Of a stretch of 43,466 bases of DNA, positions 9,559 through 18,456 are shown piece by piece (position 1 is the first letter of the stretch; each line of letters begins with the position of its first letter). This stretch comes from Candidatus Daviesbacteria bacterium. Lineage in GTDB: Bacteria; Patescibacteriota; Microgenomatia; Daviesbacterales; UBA10151. The notes below the pieces were generated by a model, which was given only the letters and a program-made list of their open reading frames with translations, was not told where the DNA came from and did no database searches. Where the stretch lies: positions 1 to 43,466 of the forward strand of contig JBEPVZ010000005.1 in NCBI GenBank assembly GCA_041690695.1, written 5' to 3'. Both the position numbers and the translations under genes were made by a program.

Positions 9559-9948
9559 ATGGCCTACAATAAACTCACTTCTGAAGAAGCCCATGTCATT
9601 GAAGACAAAGGCACTGAGCGACCATTTAGTGGTGAATTTGACGATTTTTATAAAGACGGGACTTATGTTTGCAGACGATGCAATAACCCTCTTTACTCAG
9701 CCAAATCTAAATTCGACGCGGGGTGTGGATGGCCAGCCTTTGATGATAATTTTGAAGGAGCTGTTAAACGAATTGCCGATAAGGATGGTTACAGAATCGA
9801 AATTGAATGTGCCAACTGTGGAGCCCACTTAGGCCACGTCTTTGAAGGTGAACATTTAACCGATAAAGATACCCGTCATTGTGTCAACTCGTTATCAATT
9901 AAGTTTATCCCCAAAGATCAGGAAATGCCAGAAGTTTTAAAAGGCTAA
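9559..9948 (+). CDS. msrB: Peptide methionine-R-sulfoxide reductase
   Basis: GTERPFSG, CRRC, KFDAGCGWPAF, EIECANCGAHLGHVF and RHCVNS. Start at ATG 9559, 6 nt after TATAAT. Confidence 0.95.
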   Translation: MAYNKLTSEEAHVIEDKGTERPFSGEFDDFYKDGTYVCRRCNNPLYSAKSKFDAGCGWPAFDDNFEGAVKRIADKDGYRIEIECANCGAHLGHVFEGEHLTDKDTRHCVNSLSIKFIPKDQEMPEVLKG

Positions 9949-9957
9949 AACAAATTC

Positions 9958-10449
9958 CTAGTCAATTTTAGTTTTTCTCTGAATATGCTCAATAATTGAA
10001 GTTGTTGATCGAAGAGGTTTTTTAATTGGTCTCTTAGCAATTATAACTTTCGTTTGGTTCAGTTCTTCTAGGAAACTCCAAAATGAATTTGTAGTGTAAA
10101 AAACATCTGGCTTAAGTGCTGCGAAAACAATTTTATATAACGGATCCTTTGGACCTTTAATAAAAGGTAGCGGTGGTGAAACAAAAACATAATCTACTCC
10201 TTTTATAGAGTCCACCATAATTAGACGATCTTTTTCAGGAAGCATCGGACGAGTCGGGCCTTTGCCAGCGGAAACTCTGGCATCACTCTTGACCATAACT
10301 ACAATAACTTCGCCATGCTGCTTTAACTGTTGTAAGTATTCAACGTGACCACTGTGAATTAAATCAAAAACTCCACTTCCTAAAACAATTTTTTTATCTT
10401 TATGCTTCTGGCGTAATTTAGATAAGTCCTTAAAAGAGATTATCATCAC
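9958..10449 (-). CDS. Cytidylyl/adenylyltransferase family protein (RfaE domain II/TagD-like)
   Basis: GVFDLIHSGH (HxGH motif), KGPTRP..PEKDR, VDYV and STTSII. Confidence 0.85.
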   Translation of the reverse strand: MMIISFKDLSKLRQKHKDKKIVLGSGVFDLIHSGHVEYLQQLKQHGEVIVVMVKSDARVSAGKGPTRPMLPEKDRLIMVDSIKGVDYVFVSPPLPFIKGPKDPLYKIVFAALKPDVFYTTNSFWSFLEELNQTKVIIAKRPIKKPLRSTTSIIEHIQRKTKID

Positions 10450-10454
10450 AGTTC

Positions 10455-11678
10455 TTACCGAAATAATTCATCAACATCTGGCTCAATCAGATTCGCATTA
10501 ACATTTGTTTCTTTAGTATAAGTCACCTTTGATTCTTCTGTTTCAATCGTTTCAATCGTCGTTATTTCTAAACTTTTCATCTCCGGAAGTGACGTCCCCA
10601 TTAAGCTTTTTAGATCGCCATGCATCCCAAAAGTATTATCTAAAACCATCCGAATACTTTTTTCATCCCTGGCCCATTTGCTGGCAAAATATCTCTTTTC
10701 CTTTTCAACCTCTTTTTGCATATTGGTAAAAGCATCAATAATTGCTTCCATCCGATTTAAAAAACTTGGGCCAGTTAAATATTGATAAAGCATCTCAACT
10801 TTTTGATCTTTACCTTCAGCTGATTTTCGGACCATTTGAAGATGAATTAATTTAGCTCGCAAAGCATCTGCTAAGGGAATCACAAATTGACGACTAGTCA
10901 CCCAAATCTGATTTCGAAATCCAGCGATTTTTAAATCGTTTGGTAAAACTTCTGAAATTAAAACGGCATCATCTGCACTAATCGCCCTTTTATCACCCTT
11001 TAATTTATCGACCCAAAGCTCGCTCCAAGTTTTAGTGTTTTTCAACTCCCACAAAATCTTACCAGCATAATTTCCATACGAATCATAAACTTCTTGAACA
11101 ATATCGCCCCCCTTTACCCCTTTTGCGACTGGAGTAATTTTATCGTGGCCATAACGATGAGCTAGAGATTCTTCAAATTCTAGTTCAAAAGCTTCACCTT
11201 GAGTTTGCTGAGAACCTTGTTGAAGTTTTCGCTTCATCTCTTCAGCTTCTTTGAGAGCATCTTGAAGTTGTTTATCCTTTTCTAAAAGCTTGGTGTATTG
11301 GCCTTCCTCAGCCTTTTTTTGAGCTTCAATCTGAATCTTTTCTCGTTCTTCATTTAATTTTTTCTCACTTTCCAACGCCCGATTTTCGTCTTTTTCTTTG
11401 AGCTCTCGCATCGACCGAGTCAAATCTAACAATTGTTCTTGAAGTTTGCGATTACGATCCTTCGCTTCCTCCGCCTCATTATCTTTGTCCTTGAGACGAA
11501 GCTCCATCTCCTCTTCAGCTTTTTTCAAAGCCTTAGTTTCCGCTAATTTGGTAGCTTGTTCAATATCAAGTTTTGTCTTTTCAGCAAATTCGGACTCGTA
11601 TGCGTGAGACATCGCCTCGGAGATATCGACAGTTTTGTTACAGTTGGGACAGATGATGGTCATTGAAGAGTTAGCCAT
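10455..11678 (-). CDS. DUF2130 domain protein (Zn ribbon, coiled coil, nuclease-like C-terminus)
   Basis: ICPNC, long E/K-rich coiled coil, GSQQTQGE..ELEFE, GGDIVQEV, ILWELKNTKTWS..W..KLK.D. Start uncertain (11678 or 11663). Confidence 0.85.
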   Translation of the reverse strand: MANSSMTIICPNCNKTVDISEAMSHAYESEFAEKTKLDIEQATKLAETKALKKAEEEMELRLKDKDNEAEEAKDRNRKLQEQLLDLTRSMRELKEKDENRALESEKKLNEEREKIQIEAQKKAEEGQYTKLLEKDKQLQDALKEAEEMKRKLQQGSQQTQGEAFELEFEESLAHRYGHDKITPVAKGVKGGDIVQEVYDSYGNYAGKILWELKNTKTWSELWVDKLKGDKRAISADDAVLISEVLPNDLKIAGFRNQIWVTSRQFVIPLADALRAKLIHLQMVRKSAEGKDQKVEMLYQYLTGPSFLNRMEAIIDAFTNMQKEVEKEKRYFASKWARDEKSIRMVLDNTFGMHGDLKSLMGTSLPEMKSLEITTIETIETEESKVTYTKETNVNANLIEPDVDELFR

Positions 11679-11774
11679 GGGTAGGGAAGTGTTCTCAATT
11701 TTAACTTTAACCGCCAACAAATTCAATTACCGCCTACTAGCTACAAACTACCCATCCCTTATATACTAAATATT

Positions 11775-12122
11775 ATGTCTCTGATTAAAAAGACTCTGCC
11801 TATCTTTCTATCAATGGTGGCTATCGGACTCGTCTTCTACTACGTTCCCCCTCCAACTTCATGGCCAGAAGCTTCGACATTTCAGATTTTAGCCTTTTTA
11901 CTACCAACCTTAACCTTAATAACCTTTTTAATAAATGCTTTTTTAGACTTTTTTCCTAGAAGTTTGTCGATTGGACTAGGGGCGATTATGTTACTGGTTT
12001 TAGCGATGATTAATGATTTAAATTTAGCCCTTTTGGTCGTCACGATAATTACTGTCATTGTTCTTTTTACAGCTTTTAAAAAACCTGATCATAAACCCCG
12101 AAAGCCAGTCAATAAATCGTGA
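11775..12122 (+). CDS. Hypothetical four-TM membrane protein
   Basis: Hydrophobic ORF with a basic tail; TATACT lies 7 nt upstream of the ATG. Confidence 0.7.
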   Translation: MSLIKKTLPIFLSMVAIGLVFYYVPPPTSWPEASTFQILAFLLPTLTLITFLINAFLDFFPRSLSIGLGAIMLLVLAMINDLNLALLVVTIITVIVLFTAFKKPDHKPRKPVNKS

Positions 12123-12129
12123 ATTACTC

Positions 12130-12159
12130 TTGCCATATTTGACAACTTGGGTATATAAT
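12130..12159 (+). promoter_or_regulatory. Sigma70 promoter of the leader/SAM hydrolase/metG unit
   Basis: TTGCCA(12130-12135)-18 nt-TATAAT(12154-12159), 8 nt before the leader ATG. Confidence 0.65.
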
Positions 12160-12167
12160 CTCTGTTA

Positions 12168-12236
12168 ATGAACTCAGTAATAGTTTTAACGATGTCTATG
12201 CAAATGCGAAACTCTTCCAAGGGAGGGACTATTTAG
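12168..12236 (+). CDS. Putative Met-rich attenuator leader peptide MNSVIVLTMSMQMRNSSKGGTI (22 aa)
   Basis: ATG 12168 to TAG 12234-12236, with internal ATG codons at 12192, 12198 and 12204. Overlaps the 5' arm of an antiterminator. Not in the ORF track. Confidence 0.75.
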   Translation: MNSVIVLTMSMQMRNSSKGGTI

Positions 12237-12276
12237 TTTACCTTTTTAAAAAGTAAGCTAAAGGTTATCGCCTCCC
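12221..12276 (+). promoter_or_regulatory. Putative antiterminator hairpin
   Basis: GGGAGG(12221-12226) pairs with CCTCCC(12271-12276); TTTAGTTTAC(12232-12241) pairs with GTAAGCTAAA(12253-12262) with one G-U. This structure sequesters the 5' arm of the terminator. Confidence 0.7.
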
Positions 12277-12294
12277 ATCCGGGGGCTTTTTTTT
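12270..12294 (+). terminator. Intrinsic terminator (attenuator) 10 nt upstream of the SAM hydrolase start
   Basis: GCCTCC-CATCC-GGGGGC followed by T8. Confidence 0.85.
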
Positions 12295-12304
12295 AACCAA
12301 AAAT

Positions 12305-13060
12305 ATGAAAACTAAAATTATTACATTTATAACAGATTTTGGAGATGAGTTCGCTTTGTCTCAACTTCAGGCAGTGGCGTTATCAATTAATCCAAAAGTA
12401 AAACTGATTACCATCTCCAATCAAATTACCCCTTATTCAATAAACGAAGGGGCATTTGTAATTAGTCAGGCCAAGCAGTTTTTCCCATCAGGAACAATTT
12501 TCGTCGGAGTCGTCGATCCTGGTGTCGGGACCAATCGAGAAGGTATCATAATTCAAACCAGCCAATATACTTTTATTGGCCCAAATAACGGCTTATTTTA
12601 TGAAGCGGTTAAAGATTGTCAATTTAAAGTTTTTAAAATTATTGAAAAAAAGGTTAATAAAAGTCATTCAACAACTTTCCATGGCCGTGATGTCTTTGCA
12701 AAATTAGCCGCTTTTCTATCAACTAATAAAAAGATCGCTGACTTTGCTGAACAGATTGATCAAGAGAGATTAATTAAATTAACACTTAAGCCAAATCAAA
12801 TTTTACATATCGATGATTATGGCAATCTAAAAGTTAATAACTTTTGTGATAATTTCAAACTTGGTGATCAACTGACTATTAAAACTCATGACCAGTCAAT
12901 TAAAGTGCCTTTTGTTCAAACATTTGGTCAAGTCAAACCAGGGGAATTATTAGCATATAAAGGCAGCCATAATACTTTGGAGATTGCCAAGAATTTAGAT
13001 TCTATTAATCAAGTTTTAAATTTAAAAGTAGGCGACATTATTAGTATTGAGAGGTTATAA
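12305..13060 (+). CDS. SAM hydroxide adenosyltransferase / SAM-dependent halogenase family (DUF62)
   Basis: ITFITDFG, FPSGTIFVGVVDPGVGTNR, FIGPNNG, STTFHGRDVFA, HIDDYGNL and LEIAKN motifs. Confidence 0.92.
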   Translation: MKTKIITFITDFGDEFALSQLQAVALSINPKVKLITISNQITPYSINEGAFVISQAKQFFPSGTIFVGVVDPGVGTNREGIIIQTSQYTFIGPNNGLFYEAVKDCQFKVFKIIEKKVNKSHSTTFHGRDVFAKLAAFLSTNKKIADFAEQIDQERLIKLTLKPNQILHIDDYGNLKVNNFCDNFKLGDQLTIKTHDQSIKVPFVQTFGQVKPGELLAYKGSHNTLEIAKNLDSINQVLNLKVGDIISIERL

Positions 13061-13067
13061 TACGATC

Positions 13068-14480
13068 ATGAACAAGTTTTATATTACGATTGCTATCCCC
13101 TATGTTAACGGCAAGCCTCATATCGGTCATGCCCTCGAATATTTCCAGGCAGACACCGTCAGAAGGTTTTATGATTTGCGGGGTTATGAGACTCTCTTAT
13201 TATCCGGGGCTGATGAAAACGCTTTAAAAAATGTCCAAGCCGCGGAAAAAGAAGGTTTACCAGTTAATGAATTCTTGGATAAATATTCAGCTGTTTTTAA
13301 AAATGCTTTTGAAAAGCTGGGTGTTAGATTAGATGTTTTTCAAAGAGGTTCTGATCAAGAAAAACATTGGCCTGGTGTTCAAAAATTATGGAAACTTTGT
13401 GATGACAATGGCGATATTTATAAAAAAAGTTATAAAGGTTTATATTGCGTTGGTTGTGAGAGTTTTAAAACTGAAAAAGAATTAGTTGATGGACTTTGTC
13501 CCGACCATTTAAAAAAGCCTGATTTAGTCGACGAAGAAAATTACTTTTTTAAACTAACTAAATATCAAGATCAATTAGTCGAACTTATTGAAACTAATAA
13601 ACTAACGATTATCCCCGCTAATAAAAGAGCCGAAGCACTATCTTTTATTAAATCGGGACTTGAAGACTTTTCAATTTCTAGATCAAAAGCTCGTTCCCGT
13701 GGGGTTGGAGTTCCTGTTCCAGGAGATAGCGAGCAGTTTATCTATGTCTGGTTTGATGCCCTAGATATTTATTTGACTGGAGTTGGTTTTGGAACAGATC
13801 AGGAAAGATATGAAAAATGGTGGCCAGCGGATTTACAAATTATTGGCAAAGATATTAATAGATTTCACACTATTTATTTACCCGCCATTTTACTGTCAGC
13901 CAAATTACCTCTCGCTAAAGAGATTTTAATTCACAGTTTTATCAATGCTGGTGGCCAGAAACTAAGTAAATCGTTGGGTAACGTCATTGATCCTTTTGAG
14001 GTCGCTGATAAATATGGCTTGGAGCCGCTCCGCTATTACCTGCTCTCTCAAATTCCACTTGACGAAGATGGCGATTTTACATTTGAGCGTTTTGAAGAGA
14101 TCTATAATGCTGACTTAGCCAATGGTCTAGGCAACTTAGTTGCCAGAGTTGCCAAGATGGCTGAAAAGCATCAGATTATTATGGATCTTCGACCTGATAA
14201 ATTTGATTCGGAATTTGAAGATTTATTATCTCAATATAAATTTAGTGAAGCGCTTAAATTTATTACGGGTAAGATAGGGGAGGCCGATCGAAGAATTAAC
14301 GATACCAAACCGTGGGAGTTAGACCAAGAAAAAGCCACTCCGATTTTGGCAGATTTAATTAAGCAAATTCAACAAATCGGTTATAACCTACAACCGTTTC
14401 TACCCGAAACAGCGGCCAAAGTTTTAAAACAACTTTCCGGTCAAATTAAACCAGCTGAATCTTTATTTCCAAGGATTTAA
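13068..14480 (+). CDS. metG: Methionyl-tRNA synthetase
   Basis: FYITIAIPYVNGKPHIGH (HIGH), YCVGCE Zn knuckle, IYVWFDAL, IGKDINRFH, KLSKSLGN (KMSKS) and NADLANGLGNL. ATG 13068 lies 6 nt after TATAAT. Confidence 0.97.
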   Translation: MNKFYITIAIPYVNGKPHIGHALEYFQADTVRRFYDLRGYETLLLSGADENALKNVQAAEKEGLPVNEFLDKYSAVFKNAFEKLGVRLDVFQRGSDQEKHWPGVQKLWKLCDDNGDIYKKSYKGLYCVGCESFKTEKELVDGLCPDHLKKPDLVDEENYFFKLTKYQDQLVELIETNKLTIIPANKRAEALSFIKSGLEDFSISRSKARSRGVGVPVPGDSEQFIYVWFDALDIYLTGVGFGTDQERYEKWWPADLQIIGKDINRFHTIYLPAILLSAKLPLAKEILIHSFINAGGQKLSKSLGNVIDPFEVADKYGLEPLRYYLLSQIPLDEDGDFTFERFEEIYNADLANGLGNLVARVAKMAEKHQIIMDLRPDKFDSEFEDLLSQYKFSEALKFITGKIGEADRRINDTKPWELDQEKATPILADLIKQIQQIGYNLQPFLPETAAKVLKQLSGQIKPAESLFPRI

Positions 14481-15191
14481 ATGAACCTTATTTGGGCAAG
14501 TTCCAAAACGTCAGACGGCAATATGTCATTTAAACAAGGTGATGCCAGAGAGGTGGTAGCCAATCGGACCAGCTTTCTTAACTCAGTTCACTTAAATTTA
14601 AATCAGATTGTGGCGATGAGCCCGCAACACACTGATAAAATTACCGAAGTTACTAAAAAAGATTTAGCTAAGGGCTCAACTAGTTTAGAAAATGCCTTTT
14701 TAGTTGATGGATTAATCGCCAATCAACCTGGCGTTAACTTGTTTTTAGTTTTAGCTGATTGCCAAGGTATCCGTTTATATGATCCAGAACATCAGGCAAT
14801 TGGCTTAATTCATGCTGGCTGGCGAAGCTTGGATCTGGATATCTTTTTAAAAGCTGTTAAAGCCATGACTAAAGCTTTTGGAACTGACCCTAAAAAACTC
14901 AAAGCCACTTTTAGTCCATCAATCGGACCATGTTGTTATAAACCAGCTTTTCCGGATACGCCCTCTAGGCTTAAAAATTATGTTAAAAAATATGATGACA
15001 AAGAATATAGCGCTGATGTTTGGACTTATACTGAAGATCAACTTAAACAAGCCGGACTTTTAGATGAAAATATTGATAAAACCAGGATTTGTACCTATCA
15101 CAGTTCCGACTATTTTTCTCACCGCCGATTTGATAATGAGAAATTAGAAAATGATTATCGTTTTGCGACCGTTTTTGGAATCAAAAGTTAA
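14481..15191 (+). CDS. pgeF: YfiH/PgeF (LACC1/FAMIN-like) purine nucleoside phosphorylase-family protein
   Basis: GNMS, QH, DGL, ADC, HAGWR, PSIGPCCY, CTY..FSHRR motifs. Starts immediately after the metG stop. Confidence 0.9.
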   Translation: MNLIWASSKTSDGNMSFKQGDAREVVANRTSFLNSVHLNLNQIVAMSPQHTDKITEVTKKDLAKGSTSLENAFLVDGLIANQPGVNLFLVLADCQGIRLYDPEHQAIGLIHAGWRSLDLDIFLKAVKAMTKAFGTDPKKLKATFSPSIGPCCYKPAFPDTPSRLKNYVKKYDDKEYSADVWTYTEDQLKQAGLLDENIDKTRICTYHSSDYFSHRRFDNEKLENDYRFATVFGIKS

Positions 15192-15358
15192 ACTTTTTTC
15201 CAAATGCAGGTCACGTAATAAATCCCAATTGAATTTGTACTTACTAGTTCATATCCTGTTTTGGCAAAATCATTGATATATTGTTCTATTTCAGGGCCGC
15301 GAGAGATAGGCCCACCAAACCATTTCATTTTATATCTATATATTGTGACTTTATACAT
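15188..15358 (-). CDS. Small protein (56 aa), DUF4177-like
   Basis: Manual translation gives MYKVTIYRYKMKWFGGPISRGPEIEQYINDFAKTGYELVSTNSIGIYYVTCIWKKV. It fills the intergenic gap, and TAATAT lies 6 nt upstream. Not in the ORF track. Confidence 0.7.
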   Translation of the reverse strand: MYKVTIYRYKMKWFGGPISRGPEIEQYINDFAKTGYELVSTNSIGIYYVTCIWKKV

Positions 15359-15403
15359 AGCCCAATATTACCATTAATTGCCATAGTGTAAAATAGTCTG
15401 CAG

Positions 15404-16240
15404 ATGTTAATTGATTCACATGCCCATTTATATTGGGATTCTTTTCAAGAAGATTATGATGCAGTTATCGAGCGGGCGATAGCGGCTGGAGTTACAACAA
15501 TTATAAATATTGGGGTTGATATAGAAACAAGTAGAAAAGTTGCCGGACTCACCAACGATAAAATTAAATTTTATTCGGCTATCGGCATTCACCCACACGA
15601 AGCAATTAAATATTCAACAGATGAATCCATACACAAGGACATAGCAGAGTTGACTGAGATTTTTCACGAAAACTCTTTACACGTTCTGGCAATTGGTGAA
15701 TGTGGATTGGATTTTAAATTTGAAAATAATCCAGACCTCCCCCCAACTTCCCTATCTGAATCTGAAATGAAAGAGCTCCAGATAAAACTCTTTCAAGCTC
15801 AAATCGATCTTGCCCGAAAACTCAACTTGCCCCTATCCGTCCATTGCCGTGAGGCTGAATTAGGCCAAACTGAATGCTGGGACAAGGTTTTAGAGATGCT
15901 GACAGGCACAAAAGCCATTCTCCACTGCTATAGTGGCCAGCCTCAACACACTCAGAAAGTTATTGAATCAGATAATTTTTTAGTCTCTTTTGCGGCCAAC
16001 GTCACTTATCCTAAAAATGATTGGTTAAGGGAAGCTATTAAAAGTTTGCCTTTAGAAAAAATAATTCTCGAAACTGATTGTCCATTCCTCGCTCCCCAAT
16101 CCAAACGTGGCCAAAGGAATGAGCCTGCCGCCGTCTTAGAAGTCGCCCAAACTGTGGCTGAGGTCAAAGGTATTTCGGTGGAAGAAGTGGCTAAACAAAC
16201 TACATCTAACGTTTTTAAATTCTTAAATCTAAAAGACTAG
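15404..16240 (+). CDS. tatD: TatD-family deoxyribonuclease
   Basis: LIDSHAHL, GIHPH, AIGECGLD, VHCR, LHCYSG, LETDCPFLAP and RGQRNEP. Confidence 0.95.
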   Translation: MLIDSHAHLYWDSFQEDYDAVIERAIAAGVTTIINIGVDIETSRKVAGLTNDKIKFYSAIGIHPHEAIKYSTDESIHKDIAELTEIFHENSLHVLAIGECGLDFKFENNPDLPPTSLSESEMKELQIKLFQAQIDLARKLNLPLSVHCREAELGQTECWDKVLEMLTGTKAILHCYSGQPQHTQKVIESDNFLVSFAANVTYPKNDWLREAIKSLPLEKIILETDCPFLAPQSKRGQRNEPAAVLEVAQTVAEVKGISVEEVAKQTTSNVFKFLNLKD

Positions 16241-16321
16241 CTGCAAAGCTATTCTGCCCTCCAGGTAGGAGGATCACACCTTAGTTGCTTATGAAGCTAG
16301 AATTCAAGTAAAATAATCTCA

Positions 16322-18091
16322 ATGCGTCTTATCTTAGCCTTCGTCATCGGCCTTCTGTCCGCTTTCTACTTTGGCGAACTACTTACCCGAGCCTTTAAAC
16401 GACCAATTCATAGCTTTATTGGTATTGGGATTATCTTAATTGGTATTTTCTTCATTACCCTAGGCAGCTCTTTCTTGGTTTCACCCATCAATATTCTGCT
16501 CGGAACTTTCTTGATAGGTTCAGGTTTAGGCTTACTCCTCCACCACCTTCTTTCTCAAAAATTTGTGTTCTCTGAACGACTTGAACATAATTTTGTTAGA
16601 AAACACGAAAATGGAGTCGAGAGATTTTTTGAAATTTTACCAGGAGCCCTGACATGGCTGGCCATCACTTCCCCACTCTGGCTATCCTTTCAATTTCCCT
16701 TTGCAGTCGCTTATCTAATTATTTTAGCCGATACTTATTGGTTATTTAACTCTTTTAAATATGCCATTACCGTTTTTGTCGGCTACAAAAGAATGGAAAA
16801 TGCCAAAAAGACTAATTGGCTCGACCGCCTTAAAAAGGACTACCCTGAAACTTGGGGCAATTATTACCATTTAGTTTTAGTACCAACTTATAAAGAAGCT
16901 TTATATATTTTAGAGCCAACTTTTAACGCTATCGTCAACTCCAACTTTCCTAAAGAAAAAATTCTGATATTAGTTGGCTATGAGGAGAGAGACAGTCCAG
17001 AAAAGATCGAGCAAACTAATAAATATCTTGAAACAATTAAGGATAAAGTTGGTGGAGTCTTTATGACCGTTCATCCATACGGCCTAGAAGGCGAGGTCCC
17101 TGGACAAGGTAGTAATAAAAACTGGATGATTAAAAAAACGTTACCTGACCTTAAAAAGATGGGTATTGAACCTGACCAGATTTTTGTAACAACTCTTGAC
17201 GCTGATTTTATTGTTCATAAAGAATTTTTAGGCGGAGCTCTTCATAAATATTTATCCACTCCGGCCGATCTGCGGGATGTTTGTTCTTATACCGGAGTCT
17301 TCATGTTCCATAATAATTATTGGGAAGTGCCAACACCAATGAGACTAATTGCAACCGGTACTGCTTTTTGGCAATTATCAGAAATGGTCTCATCAGATAA
17401 ATATATTAACTATTCTTCGATGTCGATTAATTTAAAATCGCTGCTCGATATTGGTCTTTGGATTCCAGATAAAGTTAACGATGATTCCGGATTTTATTGG
17501 AAGGCTTATTTTCATTTTGATGGAAAATATAAAGTTTTGCCTCACTTTTTACCGATTAGTGCTGATGCCGTTTTAGATGTTAGTTTATTTAAAACTTTCC
17601 AAAATCAATATTTGCAGCTTAAACGCTGGGCTTATGGAGTAGAACATATTCCGTTTATTGTCCGCCAATACTGGAAAGGCGACAATATCGATTTCTGGGA
17701 TAAGACTGATAAATTAACTTTTATCCTTTGGTCTTATTTTAAATGGGGAACCTTGGCATTATTTATTACTTTCGGAGGATTATTAATTCCATTAATTAAT
17801 CCCTCATACTCACAATCCGTCGTCTCGACTAACCTATCGACTATCTCTTCATGGATATTAACATTAGCTTTCGTAGGACTATTTTCAACAATTGTTATTA
17901 ATGAAAAGACTTCTCCAAAAAGGCCTAAAGATTGGGGAATTATTGCCAGGTCTTGGTCTTACCTCCAATGGGCTTTTGTACCAATTATTTTAGTGACAAT
18001 TGCAACCATTCCGGCAATTGATGCCCAAACAACTTTAATGCTCGGGCGACATATCGAGTTTAGAGTTACTAATAAAGAACGTAGCAAATGA
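16322..18091 (+). CDS. Membrane-embedded processive family 2 glycosyltransferase
   Basis: LVPTYKE, TTLDAD (DxD) and QLKRWAYG (QxxRW), with N- and C-terminal TM helices. Confidence 0.85.
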   Translation: MRLILAFVIGLLSAFYFGELLTRAFKRPIHSFIGIGIILIGIFFITLGSSFLVSPINILLGTFLIGSGLGLLLHHLLSQKFVFSERLEHNFVRKHENGVERFFEILPGALTWLAITSPLWLSFQFPFAVAYLIILADTYWLFNSFKYAITVFVGYKRMENAKKTNWLDRLKKDYPETWGNYYHLVLVPTYKEALYILEPTFNAIVNSNFPKEKILILVGYEERDSPEKIEQTNKYLETIKDKVGGVFMTVHPYGLEGEVPGQGSNKNWMIKKTLPDLKKMGIEPDQIFVTTLDADFIVHKEFLGGALHKYLSTPADLRDVCSYTGVFMFHNNYWEVPTPMRLIATGTAFWQLSEMVSSDKYINYSSMSINLKSLLDIGLWIPDKVNDDSGFYWKAYFHFDGKYKVLPHFLPISADAVLDVSLFKTFQNQYLQLKRWAYGVEHIPFIVRQYWKGDNIDFWDKTDKLTFILWSYFKWGTLALFITFGGLLIPLINPSYSQSVVSTNLSTISSWILTLAFVGLFSTIVINEKTSPKRPKDWGIIARSWSYLQWAFVPIILVTIATIPAIDAQTTLMLGRHIEFRVTNKERSK

Positions 18092-18456
18092 ACAAGGCTC
18101 GAGTTAAATTAATTAAGTTTTATCAGAAGACTGATAAGTATATTTTTTATTTTGTAGTGACAGCCTTTGTAACAAGTTTTTTAATTTGTTTATTCTTTGT
18201 GATGAATTTTCATAACCTGCCGAGTTTGTTACCACTTTATTACTCTTTGTCTTGGGGCAAACCTCAGCTAGTTAGTCAAAATCAGTTTTTAATACTTCCG
18301 GCCGTTATTATTTTAATAACTTTAGTTAATTTAATTGCGTCTTGGCATCTTCATTCATCTCAATTAATCCTTAAACGGATCTTGGCATCCTCCTCTGCCA
18401 TTGTCGGGGTTATCCTTTTAATTACTGCCGCCAAAATTATTTATATATTTATTTAA
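18088..18456 (+). CDS. Hypothetical three-TM membrane protein
   Basis: LP..LPLYYSLSWG..QL pattern; translationally coupled to both neighbours. Confidence 0.75.
   Translation: MNKARVKLIKFYQKTDKYIFYFVVTAFVTSFLICLFFVMNFHNLPSLLPLYYSLSWGKPQLVSQNQFLILPAVIILITLVNLIASWHLHSSQLILKRILASSSAIVGVILLITAAKIIYIFI

Noticed and set aside
12160-12300. SAM-I riboswitch or T-box upstream of SAM hydrolase/metG
   Set aside because: CAAG-GGAGGGACT faintly recalls SAM-I, but the GCAACC and GTGC core elements are absent. There is no T-box GGTGGnACC sequence and no room for stem I. The uORF model explains the stems better; Infernal would settle it.
12305-13060. Fluorinase/chlorinase (halometabolite pathway)
   Set aside because: There is no secondary-metabolite context. 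The TFHGRD and DPGVG..R motifs and the metG linkage favour the hydrolase branch of the family.
16258-16272. CCTCC-aggta-GGAGG hairpin after tatD
   Set aside because: The stem is only 5 bp with no U-tract, too weak to call a terminator or RNA element.
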